Part shown: piece after piece, positions 23,414-34,847 of the stretch | Numbering within the stretch: the stretch's first letter is position 1 | How the letters are laid out: the number at the start of each line of letters is the position of its first letter | DNA from: Selaginella moellendorffii | Lineage: Eukaryota; Plantae; Lycopodiophyta | Reading direction: 5' to 3' | NCBI RefSeq assembly: GCF_000143415.4 | Contig: NW_003314290.1 | Coordinates: 1,160,932-1,224,931, forward strand | DNA length: 64,000 nt | Program-made: the position numbers and the translations under genes | The notes under the pieces: model-generated | Told to the model about the DNA's origin: nothing | The model's input: the letters and a program-made list of their open reading frames with translations, nothing else | Databases searched by the model: none

Positions 23414-25029
23414 ATGGCGGCGAGGCGGCTGATCGTCTTGGGCGCTGGGAAGCTCTGTCGCGGTAGCGCGGCGGCTTCCAAGATCGCCAATCCATCGGCA
23501 TTGGTGCTCGTTCATCACAATTCCACTTTCAACAGCGATGGAGGTAATGGTTCTGTGCCTGGCGGAGGCGGCGGTGGCTATGGGGTTGGGGGCGGCTATG
23601 GCGTGAGCCCTCCCCCACAGGGCAGCGGTGGAGGTAACGGTGGCTACAGTGCTGGAGGATATGGCGTTGGCGGCGGTGGTGGCTCGACTCCTGGTGGAGG
23701 AAGCGCGGCGCCACCATACGGTGGCGGAGGCTCTCCTCCTTCTGGTGGAGGTGGCGGTGGCTACGGCGTTGGCGGAGGCTCTAGCGCGGCTCCACCATAT
23801 GGTGGCGGAGGATCTCCTCCTTCTGGTGGAGGTGGCGGTGGATACGGCGTTGGCGGTGGCTCTAGCTCAGCTCCTCCATACGGTGGCGGAGGTTCTAGCT
23901 CGGCTCCTCCATACAGTGGCGGCGGATCTTCTTCTAGTGGCTACGGCATGGGAGGAGGATCAAGCTCGATTCCTCCATACGGTAACGGGGGCTCTAGCTC
24001 GACTCCTTACGGAGGTCCTTATGGCGGTGGAGCCGGCAACGTTCCTCGATCAAGCAACTCCACCACCTCGGTTCCTTTTCCAAGCAACAGTAGCGGATCA
24101 ATTCCTCCCTATGGTGGATCAGGCAACTCCACCCCTCCCTATGGTTCTTCTCCGAGCAACAACAGCGGATCCATGCCTCCATACGGTGGATCAAGCAACT
24201 CCACCACCTCGGTTCCTCCGTATGGATCTCCTCCGAGCAACAACAGCGGATCCATGCCTCCATACGGTGGATCAAGCAACTCCACCACCTCGGTTCCTCC
24301 GTATGGATCTCCTCCGAGCAACAACAGTGGATCCTTTGGTGGATCTTCCAGCAACTTTAACAACAGTAGCAGCTCAATCCCTCCCTTCGGTTCTTCCAAC
24401 AGCATGAACAACAACAACAGTAGCAGCTCCATCCCTCCCAATGGTTCTTCCAGCAACATCAACAACAACAATAGCAGCTCCATCCCTCCCTTTGGTTCTT
24501 CCAGCAACACCAACAACAGCAGCAGCAATAGCAGCGGCATTCCTCCGTATGGTTCTCCCAACAACAGTGGAGGCAATCCTTATACTGGCGGGGCCGTGAA
24601 CACAAACATGCCACCGTATGGGAATCAAGCCGGTGCAAGCAACAACTCGTCGAGCCCTCCATTCGGCGGTAGCGGTGGTAACTTCAACACGAATCCCCGA
24701 GCCGGAAAGACTTGGCCGAATCCAAACGCTTCGTCGTCTCCTCCGCCACCATCTTACTCTGGAGGAGGACGCAGGTGAAGCTTTTTCTCTTTTCTTTTTC
24801 TTTCTTTCACTCATCGCTCTTGGTTTACTTGCCCAGGGGAAATCCACATCCGACTGTTCCGAATCCTTGGTACCGCGACGCGAATGGAAACTATCCCAAC
24901 ATGGATCCAAACAATCCTCCCAAGCCGCTGCCTGGAGCGACCAAGTACGCGGGTGGAACTTATGGCGAGGGACGGCCACGCACCATCATCGACGACATGA
25001 GGAAGAAATACTTCGGCGAGGATTGGTGA
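23414..25029 (+). CDS. Orphan Gly/Ser/Pro/Asn-rich low-complexity protein (~517 aa), probable mitochondrial presequence (protein B)
   Basis: ATG 23414 (MAARRLIVLGAGKLCRGSAAASK); intron 24775-24836 joins in frame to GNPHPTVPNPWYRD..TIIDDMRKKYFGEDW*; PPYGG repeats including an 81-bp near-perfect duplication. Confidence 0.82.
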
Positions 25030-25273
25030 AGCGAGCCATCCGAGGATGAGAATCGTCGAGGTAAAAGCTAGTTCTCTACATAGATCATCGTGTTTAGAGC
25101 TTCTCTTTCGAGATACTTCGTTACTTGTTTCTGCTCAGGTAGTCGAGTGATTTAGAAAGAAGACAAAAAGCAATCGAATTGTAACTTCTCTCTCTCTCGT
25201 GGATCCAAGAAAAGAAGGTGATGTTTCGATGAATCGATCGAATAAACTGGTGAGGGTGTTGAGATAATCTCTA

Positions 25274-26710
25274 ATGCCCTTGACAATGATCAAGCGATGG
25301 TACAGGAACCTCGCAGCGATTTACTCGCCAGTGATGATCAATCCGGTGCTCCAACACTTAAAGCCGAATCGCCTAGAAACGTTTGTGGATTGCACGCTGG
25401 GAAACGGAGCTCACGCGTTCGAGGTAATGGCTCCATTCTCTTTTGATCAAAAGAAACATCGCTCTCTTTCTTTCTCCACAGATCATACGGACCCATCCCG
25501 AGCTCCGGCAAGTTGTGGGATTGGATCTAGACCCCGACGCGGTGTTGCTGGCCAGACCCAAGTTGGAAGCCGCCGCTGCGGGGAATGCCCACCTCCGCCT
25601 CCACTTTGCCAGTGTCAACTTTAAGTGTCTCAAGCTCCAGCTCAACCAGATCGATCCGGGCTTGCTCCAGCGAGGGGTGGACGGGATCTTGATGGTGTTG
25701 GGTCTCTCCGCAATGCAGGTAGAAGATTTTCCTTGGCATGCATAGCATGGAAACCGTTCTTCTTCTTGAGTTTCATGGTTGGATTTTGTGATGACCTCCT
25801 TTCTTGCTCTAAAATGCGCCATTGTCTCCACTTTCTTCTTGGCTGAATTGTTTGTTTTCCTTCTACGTGGTTCTGGTTCTTAGACTCTTTTTCCGAGTTC
25901 TTGCGTTTTTCTTCCTGATGAATTTGAAGTGATTTTGCTCTTGAGTTCTTGGTTTTCGCTTTTGCATCATAATCTCTTCTTGCTAGTGGAAAGAATAAAG
26001 AAAACCATGCCACCATCTTTGCAAGCTTTCTTTTTTCCAGCTTAACACTCCCGAGAGAGGCTTCAGCCACACCATGGACGGCCCTCTGGACATGCGATTC
26101 GATCGACGCTCCCGGATGACAGCCGAGATCATCCTCAACTCGTGGAACGAGCGCGAGCTGGGACGACTACTCCGGGACTACGGCGAGGAGCAACACTGGC
26201 AAGAGCTCTCTCACTCCATCGCCGAGACCCGGCTCAAGAAAGGGCCCTTCAAAACCACGCTCCAGCTCGTCAACTTCATCGGTAAGATCTCTCCTTGGCC
26301 AAGCTCCTCCATTTCTTCTTCTTCACTTTGCGAAGCTCTTCCATTTCTTCTTCTCTATAGATCGCAGGAAACAAAACCTTGGATCCAAGCCACCGAGATT
26401 CGAGGACGAGCATCCCGCGCTGCCAACGTTCCAGGCCCTGAGAATCGCCGTGAACGACGAGATCAACACGCTCAAGATCGCCGTACCCCAGGCGGCCTCG
26501 TGCCTGGCGCCCGGCGGCTCTCTCATCGTCATCACCTCTTACGGTCTGGAGGACCGGATCGTGAGCGGCGAGTTCCAGCGCCTGGACAAGCGGGTCCTGG
26601 AGAGCGAGTTCCAGATCGCCCACGTCCGCCCCATCGAGGATCTCTCGCAGCAAATCTCCAGCCAGAGGTCGCAGATGCGAGTGCTCCAAAGACTCTGGAA
26701 GAGAACGTAG
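25274..26710 (+). CDS. Divergent RsmH/MraW paralog (copy 2) with altered catalytic motifs
   Basis: 4 exons, open frame; DCTLGNGAH, ERGFS..DGPLDMRF, YGEE and FQALRIAVNDE are retained, but YSPVM, GILMVLGLSAMQ and ITSYGLEDR are altered. Start uncertain. Confidence 0.85.
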
Positions 26711-26788
26711 TAGAAAATCTGTGTATTCTCTTTCTCTTGGTCCGGAGAGTTTGGAAGAGCGATGATCTAGTAGCTCTGGAATCTAGCT

Positions 26789-27157
26789 CTATCCCCCTCT
26801 CCTCCGCGGCTGGGGGATCTCGCGGATCGCAAACGCCGTGCGCGTCTGGACGACGATCTCGTACAGGTGGATGATGCGCAGCTTGTCGAAATCCAGGGGC
26901 AGGCTGATGAAACAGGAGCCGGGCTTTGGATGGAAGTACTGCTTCCTCTCGCGATCGAACGCGAGCATGGGCTCGAGCTCGCCGGTGTATCGGTGCCACC
27001 CCAGCGCGAACAGCTTGCTCTCGAGCCGATCGTACGAGGAGATGATCTCGCCCGTGGTCTTGAAGATCAAGACCTTCTTGACGCGCGCGTCCCTGGGATC
27101 CTCGCCGTTCTCCCCGATCTCCCCGTCCTCGAAGCTGGGGATTTTCGGGGCCACCAT
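26789..27157 (-). CDS. FPF1: Flowering-promoting factor 1-like protein
   Basis: KKVLIFKTTGEIISSYDRLESKLFALGWHRY...ISLPLDFDKLRIIHLYEIVV..F.IR matches the FPF1 pattern; intronless. Confidence 0.85.
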   Translation of the reverse strand: MVAPKIPSFEDGEIGENGEDPRDARVKKVLIFKTTGEIISSYDRLESKLFALGWHRYTGELEPMLAFDRERKQYFHPKPGSCFISLPLDFDKLRIIHLYEIVVQTRTAFAIREIPQPRRRGG

Positions 27158-27419
27158 CGCGCTTTGCGCCCATTCCTCCTCTCCCCAAAGATTTCAAACG
27201 ATAGTCCAAAAAAAGCGATCCTGACCGTCGGATTGGGTTTACCCAAAACCCTAAACAAGCCCTAGAACTCGATCCCAAGAATATGCTTTCAACGTTTGAA
27301 ACTTTTCGCGAAAGATCGAAACGGATCAAGGAAGAACGCTGGAATTTCACCGGCAAAAAAGAACTTACTTTGCTATGTTCTTGAGGAACGCCTACTCGTC
27401 TATAGTTAAAAGAGGGAGT

Positions 27420-29031
27420 TTACTGTTGCTCGTCGCTGCTTGAGCTTGTCCCATCTTTGCCAAAGATTCGTTGCTTGAAGTCGTCAACCATTCGCGGCAG
27501 TCCTTCCCTCAGAGGAATTTTCGGCTCCCAGCCAAGCATCGAGATTGCTTTTGAGATATCCGGCTTGCGCATGTGTGGATCGTCCGCTGTGTTGTCCCGG
27601 AACTCGATTTTAGCCTCCGGATCGATTGTCTCCTTGACAACCTGATCACAAGCGGAAGAAGGAAGAGAGTTACTTCCACAGATCACTTTTTTGATATCAT
27701 ACTTGAGCAAGTTCCAGCATGGTGAATTCACCGGGATTCCCAAGGTTGAATGGCCCGATGTGATCGCTTTCCATAAGTTTTACCAGGCCTTCCACCTTGT
27801 CAAGGAAAAAACACACACATCAAGGCTAGAAAACTCTTTCGTTTACCAAGTCTGAGACGAACTGAAAGCTCCGAGTTTGTTTTCCATCGCCATAGACTGT
27901 CAAAGGCTCTTTACGGAGGGCCTGCGAGAAAGCAAAAGAATGAAAACGGGAAGAAGCTTTTCAAGGGATGCTTTTGTACCTGGGCCACGAAGTTGCTGAC
28001 AACTCGGCCATCGTCCAGGCACATTCTAGGACCATATGTGTTGAAAATACGAGCGATCCTCACCTGTAAACGATGGAACATCACCGTCAACCTTTGTTAG
28101 GCTTTCAAGGAAAGTTCACTTACTGACACATTTGCACCTCTGTGATAATCCATTGTGAGTGTCTCTGCGGTCCTCTTACCCTCGTCATAGCAACTTCTCA
28201 CACCTAAAACAGCATTGCGATAGAAATGGAGTTGGAAGAGCAAAAGCCATACCGATTGGATTCACGTTTCCCCAGTAATCTTCCTTCTGAGGATGCTCCA
28301 GCGGATCTCCATAAACCTCGCTTGTGCTGGTCAGCAAAAACCGAGCACCGATTCGCTTGGCCAATCCGAGCATGTTGAGTGTTCCAACCACGTTGGTCTT
28401 GTGAAAGCTCCAAGAGTTAAGGAAGCAACGAAAAAAAAAACGCGTTAGATGCTCGAAAGAAACGAAGAACAAGCAAAGAAGAAAAGGATATGATCGTCTT
28501 GACCGGGTTGAATTTGTAGTGGACGGGCGACGCAGGGCAGGCCAAGTGATAGATCTGATCCACCTCCAGCAGCAGCGGCTCCACAACATCGTGCCGGATG
28601 AGCTCAAACCGGGGATTCCCAAAGTGATGCATCACATTCTCCTTCCTGCCTGTGAAGAAATTGTCCACCACAATCACACTGTCGCCCCGGCCGATGAGCT
28701 TGTCCACCAGATGGCTGCCGACGAAGCCCGCGCCCCCAGTCACCACAATCCGCAGGGATTTGCTCTTGAGCCCCAGCGGGATCCTGGTAGCCGCGGCCGC
28801 TGGCTTGCTCCACAGATCCAGCTGCTGATGATCCTCATGGAACGAGGAATCCACAATGCCGTGGCGGATCGTGGAAAATTGCGACGATTCCCTACCCCCG
28901 GGCGAGAGGAAGACGAAGAAGGAGGTCGCAAACGCGGCGCCGAGAGCCGCGTAGGCGAGGCTCTGGATCCAGTAGCTCAGCCGGCCGATCCTCGCCCCCG
29001 CCGCTTCCTTCTTCGAGCTGGACGACGCCAT
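27420..29031 (-). CDS. UXS: UDP-glucuronate decarboxylase (UDP-xylose synthase), membrane-anchored
   Basis: N-terminal TM; [53 protein letters not shown]. Confidence 0.96.
28401..28491 (-). other. U12-type AT-AC intron in UXS
   Basis: 5' ATATCCTTT, branch site TTCCTTAAC, 3' CAC; removal restores NPVKTI|KTNVVGT. Confidence 0.92.
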
Positions 29032-30739
29032 CGCGACACCGCACAGGAATCCCGCATTAGGAAGAACCCTAGTGGATTTTGTTTAGCGCTAAGCACGTTT
29101 TTTTATGTTTTGCCGATGGAAGGAATCGAACCGGTTGTCTTTGAATGGATTCGCTATTTCATTCATTCATTCATTCATTCATTACAACTCACAATGCCCT
29201 TTATAAATTCAGAAAAGCTTGTGGATGAGTGATATGCAATCTTCATATAATTACTATTCACTCCCGATCTCGTAACACTTGATCAAAAGCTCGTGAGTCA
29301 CGCTTGGTGAAATCGCCAATCTTAACATCGCCACTTTCCATAATTTTCATTGTTCAAGTTGCTTTGAAGTGATCGTTGCTTATAAAATCTGTTCTCATGA
29401 CGATTACGTGGAGTTCTCCGGACTGGTTTCCAACGTGAACGTGAACTTCTCCTCTTGTAAAGGAGGTGATAGAAGTTCCTCTACATCATCATTGAGAATG
29501 ATTAGCTGTTGTCTTTGCTTACACTGTCCATTTAGCTGCTGGTCACCACACAAAGAGTTTCCATTTGCCCCCCTTGGCAAGGATTTCATCTCAATTAATT
29601 TCGACGCTGGATACTAAAGTTAAGGTTCTAACTTCAACTTGAGTATCAAAAATCCTCTTTCCGTTCTTAGCATCAACCAGTGCCACAAACAACCTTCACC
29701 ACAATTTGTGGCACAATTGCACTCCAAAGTGCACTAAAGATGGATTGGATAAGAGCAGCAAAGACAATACATAGTGCTTTACACTAGTTTTGCTGACCCC
29801 CTCACCGCAGGCGTACATGCGTTTCCCTGTATTCATAAGATAAAGATTAAAAAGTGGAAAAGAGCAAGAGGAAGAAATTAGAATAAAATAATACCTAGAA
29901 CGACTATCAGTTGTTTCGTTGTGTACTTGTGCTTTGTTGCCACATATAAACTTTAATATTTCGACAGTTGTTATTTTACAAATCCGTTCCTTGGTGCGTT
30001 CCCATGAGTCCCAACTACCTCCTGGCTTCCAGTAAATTTTACACAATTAATAAAGTAAAGAAAATAAAATTTGACATACCAATTTTGTCCAGAAGAAAAT
30101 GCTCACACACCTTCCCACACATTCAAGACTGCTTCGTTCGATCCAACACAAGTCTGCAAAATCTATGAGCTTCACTCTGGGAGACCTTCTCCTTCTTCCA
30201 GCATTAGCCATGGTTTCATGGGCTTCCATCTCCTCTTCTGCTTGAACTCCCGAGTCCTTTCCTCCTCTCCTCTTGCTATCGTGCAGCTTCAAGGCCAAGT
30301 CAAACGTCTTCAATGCTGCTCTCCTGTTGGTTCTTCCACCATTTGTCTGCAGATAGCAACAGTTTTTCCGGTGGCTTTTCAGCGGTGTAGTCCTGTGGCC
30401 TACCATGGCCGTCACTGATACACATCGTCAACGCCATGATCTTCTCGTCATCTTGAACATCACCCTGATCTACCCACCTGTCGATTGATTCTAATGCCTC
30501 ATCCACTGCCTGTTTGTCCCAAACAAAATCACGCACCGCTTTTGAGCCACCCTTCTTTTGTACAGATTTCCTTCTGGCAGATTTCCTTCTGGGGTGACCT
30601 CCACCGGCTAAGGCATTGCATATCGACCATCCTGCTTCCAGCACTGTTTCCACGCTTGCTGGATCTTGAAACAATCTTCCACGCAAGCCAGATAGCCATA
30701 GGCCTGGAAGAAACGAAGGCAAGCTTTAAGATGTTACAA

Positions 30740-30895
30740 GCAAGAAAAATTGAGCTTGCCTAGGATGTTTGTGCTGCTGCTTCCACGTGTAGTTTGGCTG
30801 AAACGCTCCCATTGCTATTTCAGTATCTCGGCAGCCGTCCATCGATCTTTGGTTGATGCTCGCAGAGCCTATGATCACGTATTCATCATCAGGAA
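30740..30895 (-). pseudogene. Phospholipase D exon fragment (downstream half of the second HKD region)
   Basis: [32 protein letters not shown]; no other PLD exons nearby. Confidence 0.85.
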
Positions 30896-32586
30896 ACGGC
30901 ACAGCATGCTGCCACAAATTAAAAAACTAGAAGATATACCTGTTCTCAGGTGGTGGGCTCGTGCTTCCGGATCTCGCGATTACCAAAGCCGTAGAAGTTT
31001 AAGTAGCCTCTGGGATGAAAACGTTGAAAGCCACTGCTGGAGGAAAAATGGAGCTCCGAGACCGAGCGAGAACTTCGCAGGTACACTAGTGCCTGGACGA
31101 AGATAAATCTCCTCTCCAACGTAATCCCACTCAGTGTCAGGCTCGTAGATGAGAACTTGCACTTCGTAGATGATCATAGGCTCTGCGAGCATCAACCAAA
31201 GAGGCTGCCGAGATACTGAAATAGCCCCTGTGATTGATCATGGAGCATGATACCCAGGCTTTTATCCGGGAAGCCACAGCCTTCTACCTCCGATCATGAT
31301 CTCGAGCTCATGCTCATTTAGAGAGAGCCTCGAAGATCCCTGTCCCTGGCTAGCATCGGTCACCCAAGCTTCCAGTCTGGAATCATAGATGAGAAATGGT
31401 AACCTTGTAGAAATTCCCAGTGGCGTGGTGGCTGCCAATGCTTGTAGGCGATGGCAGCTGATGCACGCCATTGAATCCCCGGCCAAGGACGCCATAATCT
31501 GGAGCTGCGATGTTCCTGACCTTCCAGACCTCGGATATCGGGGCCGCTCTTTATTCTCGCCACGCCCAGACGCAAATCCACGGCTGCTGCGACCGCCTGG
31601 CGGATTTACGCTTCCAGAGCTCAAGAAACTCGCGATCCGACAAGCCAGTCGCGGATGAGATTTTCGAGCACGATTATCTTGGCGGTGTGCGACTCTTCCA
31701 TTGCTGCTGCCCTAAAACCCTGGAAGGGGGAATATTCGTTTTGATTCTAGAGTTGTTTTGAAAGGGGATCGAACACTCGACGGGTTAGTGTAACACTTGG
31801 AGCTGAGCTAAACGCCTTTGTGTGATGCTCTTGGCTATGGCGGCTATACCATATTCTTTATAATATATATCATCGCTTCCCTTTGCGCATTCCATTTGAT
31901 AGGGTTATCATCTCTGGATCCGACCCCTGCCAAGGCGCTGGGCATCGTCTCCTTCCCTCGGATCGATCCAAGCAAAGGCGCGCGGCAGCGAGATCGAGAG
32001 GCGCAGCGTAGGTTCCTTTCCCCGGCCGCGCTTCCCTGGATGGATCGGGCGTGCGCGCTACAGCAAAGGTAGCACTCTCATCTTAGGGTTGTGAAATTTC
32101 CTGATCTGTGGCTCGATCCGCGGCATTCCGGCTGGGATCCGTCCCAATTCCTGGCTAGCGCCGCGGATCGGCGCCCCTCCTCCCCGGATTGCTGGGTTTT
32201 TTTGAGTGCTTGATCCTCCCGATTCTCGCTGAGAATTCCTTCTCTCTCCCTCTCTTTCTCTCTGTGCGTGCGATTGGAGTGTGTTCTTCCTGCGCTTGCA
32301 TTGATCAAACGGTTAACTCCCCATCCATCTCGATCCGATGTGTCGACCCCAAACTTACTGGATCACGGGCTTTGTTATTACCAGGCACAGATTGAGATTA
32401 TAAAAACCAGGTCTTTGGTACCAAAGAGGCCTCTCTCCCTCTCTTCCTCCATCTCTCCGAATTGGGTGGCTCCTTGGTGGTGGTGCTGTGATCGTGGGGG
32501 TGGTATAGTGGTGGTGGCGGTGGCGGTGTCGGTGGTGGTGGCGAGATCATACAAGCAGACAGTGGTGGCGGAGATCATCATCGGAC

Positions 32587-33933
32587 ATGGAGAGCTTTGC
32601 GACCCCGTACCCGCTCTTCTTCTTCGATGGCGACCAGGAGGTGGACAAGGGACAGATCGGCATACATTCGGTTCTCTCCTTCAAACGGTTCCAGGGCCAG
32701 CTGAGCCGCCAAGTTGGGATACCCGCTAACCAACTCTCGGCGGTGTTCGTTTGCCGGAGGACCACGTCCCGGGACGCGGACAAGCGGCAGAAGCTGCCCA
32801 TCAACGAGAACACCAACTTCAACATCATCCTCAACCAGCACAACCCGAGCAAGGAGAAGGACTGCTACTTCCTGGTGTCGCTCAAGAAGTCCAAGAAGGA
32901 GAGGAAGGGCGCGCGGCGGAGGAACGCCGAGGCGGAGAATGTGGACGACGACGACTCTACGTCGTCGCGCGGCGACACGTCCCCCTCCAGCCAGCGGCCC
33001 GGCAAGGAGGGCGACGAGGCGTTTGCGTACGAGGCATCGTCGCCAAACTCGGTGCTAGACCCGGCGTTTGAGCCGTCGGTGGTGACGGCAGCAGCATCGA
33101 AGAACAATGTGGAAGTAGTGGCGGCGGCGGTGCTCCCGGAACCTGTCAAGGAGGAGGAAGCTCTGTCCCCGGTGGTGGTGGAAAGGGACGCGACGCCATC
33201 CGTGGCAACAACAACAACTAAGGAGAACTCCTCGCTGAGTCCTCCGGTGACGAGAATTGGCGGGCAGCCGCTGGCCAGGAACGCGAACTCGGTGGAGCAA
33301 CTTGCCAAGTTCGTGGGTGTTATTGGCGATCAGCACACTGCAAGCGGCGGCGGCGGTGGTGGTGGTGGCGTTGGAGCAGCAACGTTCTCGGACGCGGCTC
33401 TCACGATGAGCCAAGCGGCACGGTTCAAGGATCCGATCCAGCAGCAGCCAGTTGGAAGGCCGGGAATGAGCATGCAGCGCGGCGTCCCGGTTTTTCCCGA
33501 CGGTGTCAACATGAGATTACTCACTGGAAGAACCGGCGTCAATGGAGGAGGAGGAGCAGGAAATCCAAGCTTCCAACAGGCGCTCCCGAATTTCCATAAC
33601 CAGTTAGCGCTGCTCCAAGAGCAGCAGCAGCAGCAGCAGCAGCAAGCCAGGCATTTCAACTTCCAGCAGCAAAGGATCGCGAGGCCATCGCCAGGATTCA
33701 CAGGGAGCTCTTCCTCGATTGCTCCCGGAGGAGGAGGAAGCGTGATGGACAGTGGCTATGGAAGATCGAGCGAGCAGTTCTGCCAGGACTGCCAGTCCTA
33801 CAAGGAGAGGAACATCCGGCCTCCGCCGTTCCACTGCTGCATCAACGACAGGATCACAGCGGGGTTCCGCGGTCCGTCACCGGCGGGACCGATCGAGAGG
33901 CCGATCAAGCGTCAAGTTAAGGCCGCTGCGTGA
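32587..33933 (+). CDS. Conserved plant protein of unknown function (FFDG-type N-terminal domain, C-terminal CxxC..FHxC..GFRxPAGPIxRP motif)
   Basis: 448-aa single coding exon, GC-rich; conserved-looking ends around a disordered Q/G-rich middle. Confidence 0.85.
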   Translation: MESFATPYPLFFFDGDQEVDKGQIGIHSVLSFKRFQGQLSRQVGIPANQLSAVFVCRRTTSRDADKRQKLPINENTNFNIILNQHNPSKEKDCYFLVSLKKSKKERKGARRRNAEAENVDDDDSTSSRGDTSPSSQRPGKEGDEAFAYEASSPNSVLDPAFEPSVVTAAASKNNVEVVAAAVLPEPVKEEEALSPVVVERDATPSVATTTTKENSSLSPPVTRIGGQPLARNANSVEQLAKFVGVIGDQHTASGGGGGGGGVGAATFSDAALTMSQAARFKDPIQQQPVGRPGMSMQRGVPVFPDGVNMRLLTGRTGVNGGGGAGNPSFQQALPNFHNQLALLQEQQQQQQQQARHFNFQQQRIARPSPGFTGSSSSIAPGGGGSVMDSGYGRSSEQFCQDCQSYKERNIRPPPFHCCINDRITAGFRGPSPAGPIERPIKRQVKAAA

Positions 33934-34434
33934 TGATCCGCGATGGGTGGCGAGGCGAAAGATCGAGAAAGAGGTCTCCCTAGAGAAGCGACGATCGACA
34001 CACACTATACCACCATCACCCTCTCCTAGTGCGTGTAAGTTGGCTCTCTCTTCTCTCCCTTTTTTTTCTTTCTTTACTTCGTTTTTCTTTTTCGATTACT
34101 TGCTCTCCTCACTCTTTCCTTCTTTGTTTTGTTTTGCCTTGGGTTTTCACTCTAGCCTCTTTTCCTTTCTTCCCTACTGTGTATGTACATGGAATGTCTT
34201 ATACAATAAACTTCGGAGAGTATGAATAGCTACGATGTTTGCAAAATATGTGCGAATAAGAATTGATCATTTCTGTTTGCTGCTTAGAATGTGCTTGTAG
34301 AAAAAATTCCCAGATCTCCTATTCGTATATAAAGAAGTCAGATAATATGATCGTATGCTCGTTCGTATTCGTAAGGATGTAGATCTTTTAGACAACCCAT
34401 GAAGGAGAAAAGGTGGCCATATGAAGACTAATGA

Positions 34435-34847
34435 ATGTACGAGCGATTAGAGAAAAAGATCGATGTTTTAAAGACTTTAGTGCAGAATGGTAGTGCAAAG
34501 GTTGTGGAGCAAGTGATTATCAAGCTGGTCAACGCTGCAGAGGACAAAGTCACCAGCAACCTCAAGATGCTCGAATGCCTGGGAGTGGTTTTTTTACCAT
34601 GCTCATTGATGCTGCTTGGCTCAAGCCTCTTCGGGACGGGTCCCATGATGATTTTCAACATTGTTTCACAATCTTGCTCGAGAAGATGCCTGTCAATCTG
34701 GAGGATGAGGCAAGGCTCGTGTGGAGCGGGCTCGACAAGCTGGTGTGGAACACAAGAAAGAGACGTGCAAGAACAGGAGCTAGCGAGAATGCTAAGCGAT
34801 CAACACAGAGATCTGAGCAAGCTCGTTTGAAAAAAAGCAGCCAGTAG
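34435..34847 (+). pseudogene. Possible frameshifted ORF remnant of unknown family
   Basis: Two overlapping protein-like frames appear to join at a T-run near 34588. Confidence 0.3.

Noticed and set aside
30100-30200. RVKLIDFA as an inositol polyphosphate kinase or protein kinase gene
   Set aside because: Isolated 8-residue similarity without other kinase motifs; kept only as part of the fragment mosaic.
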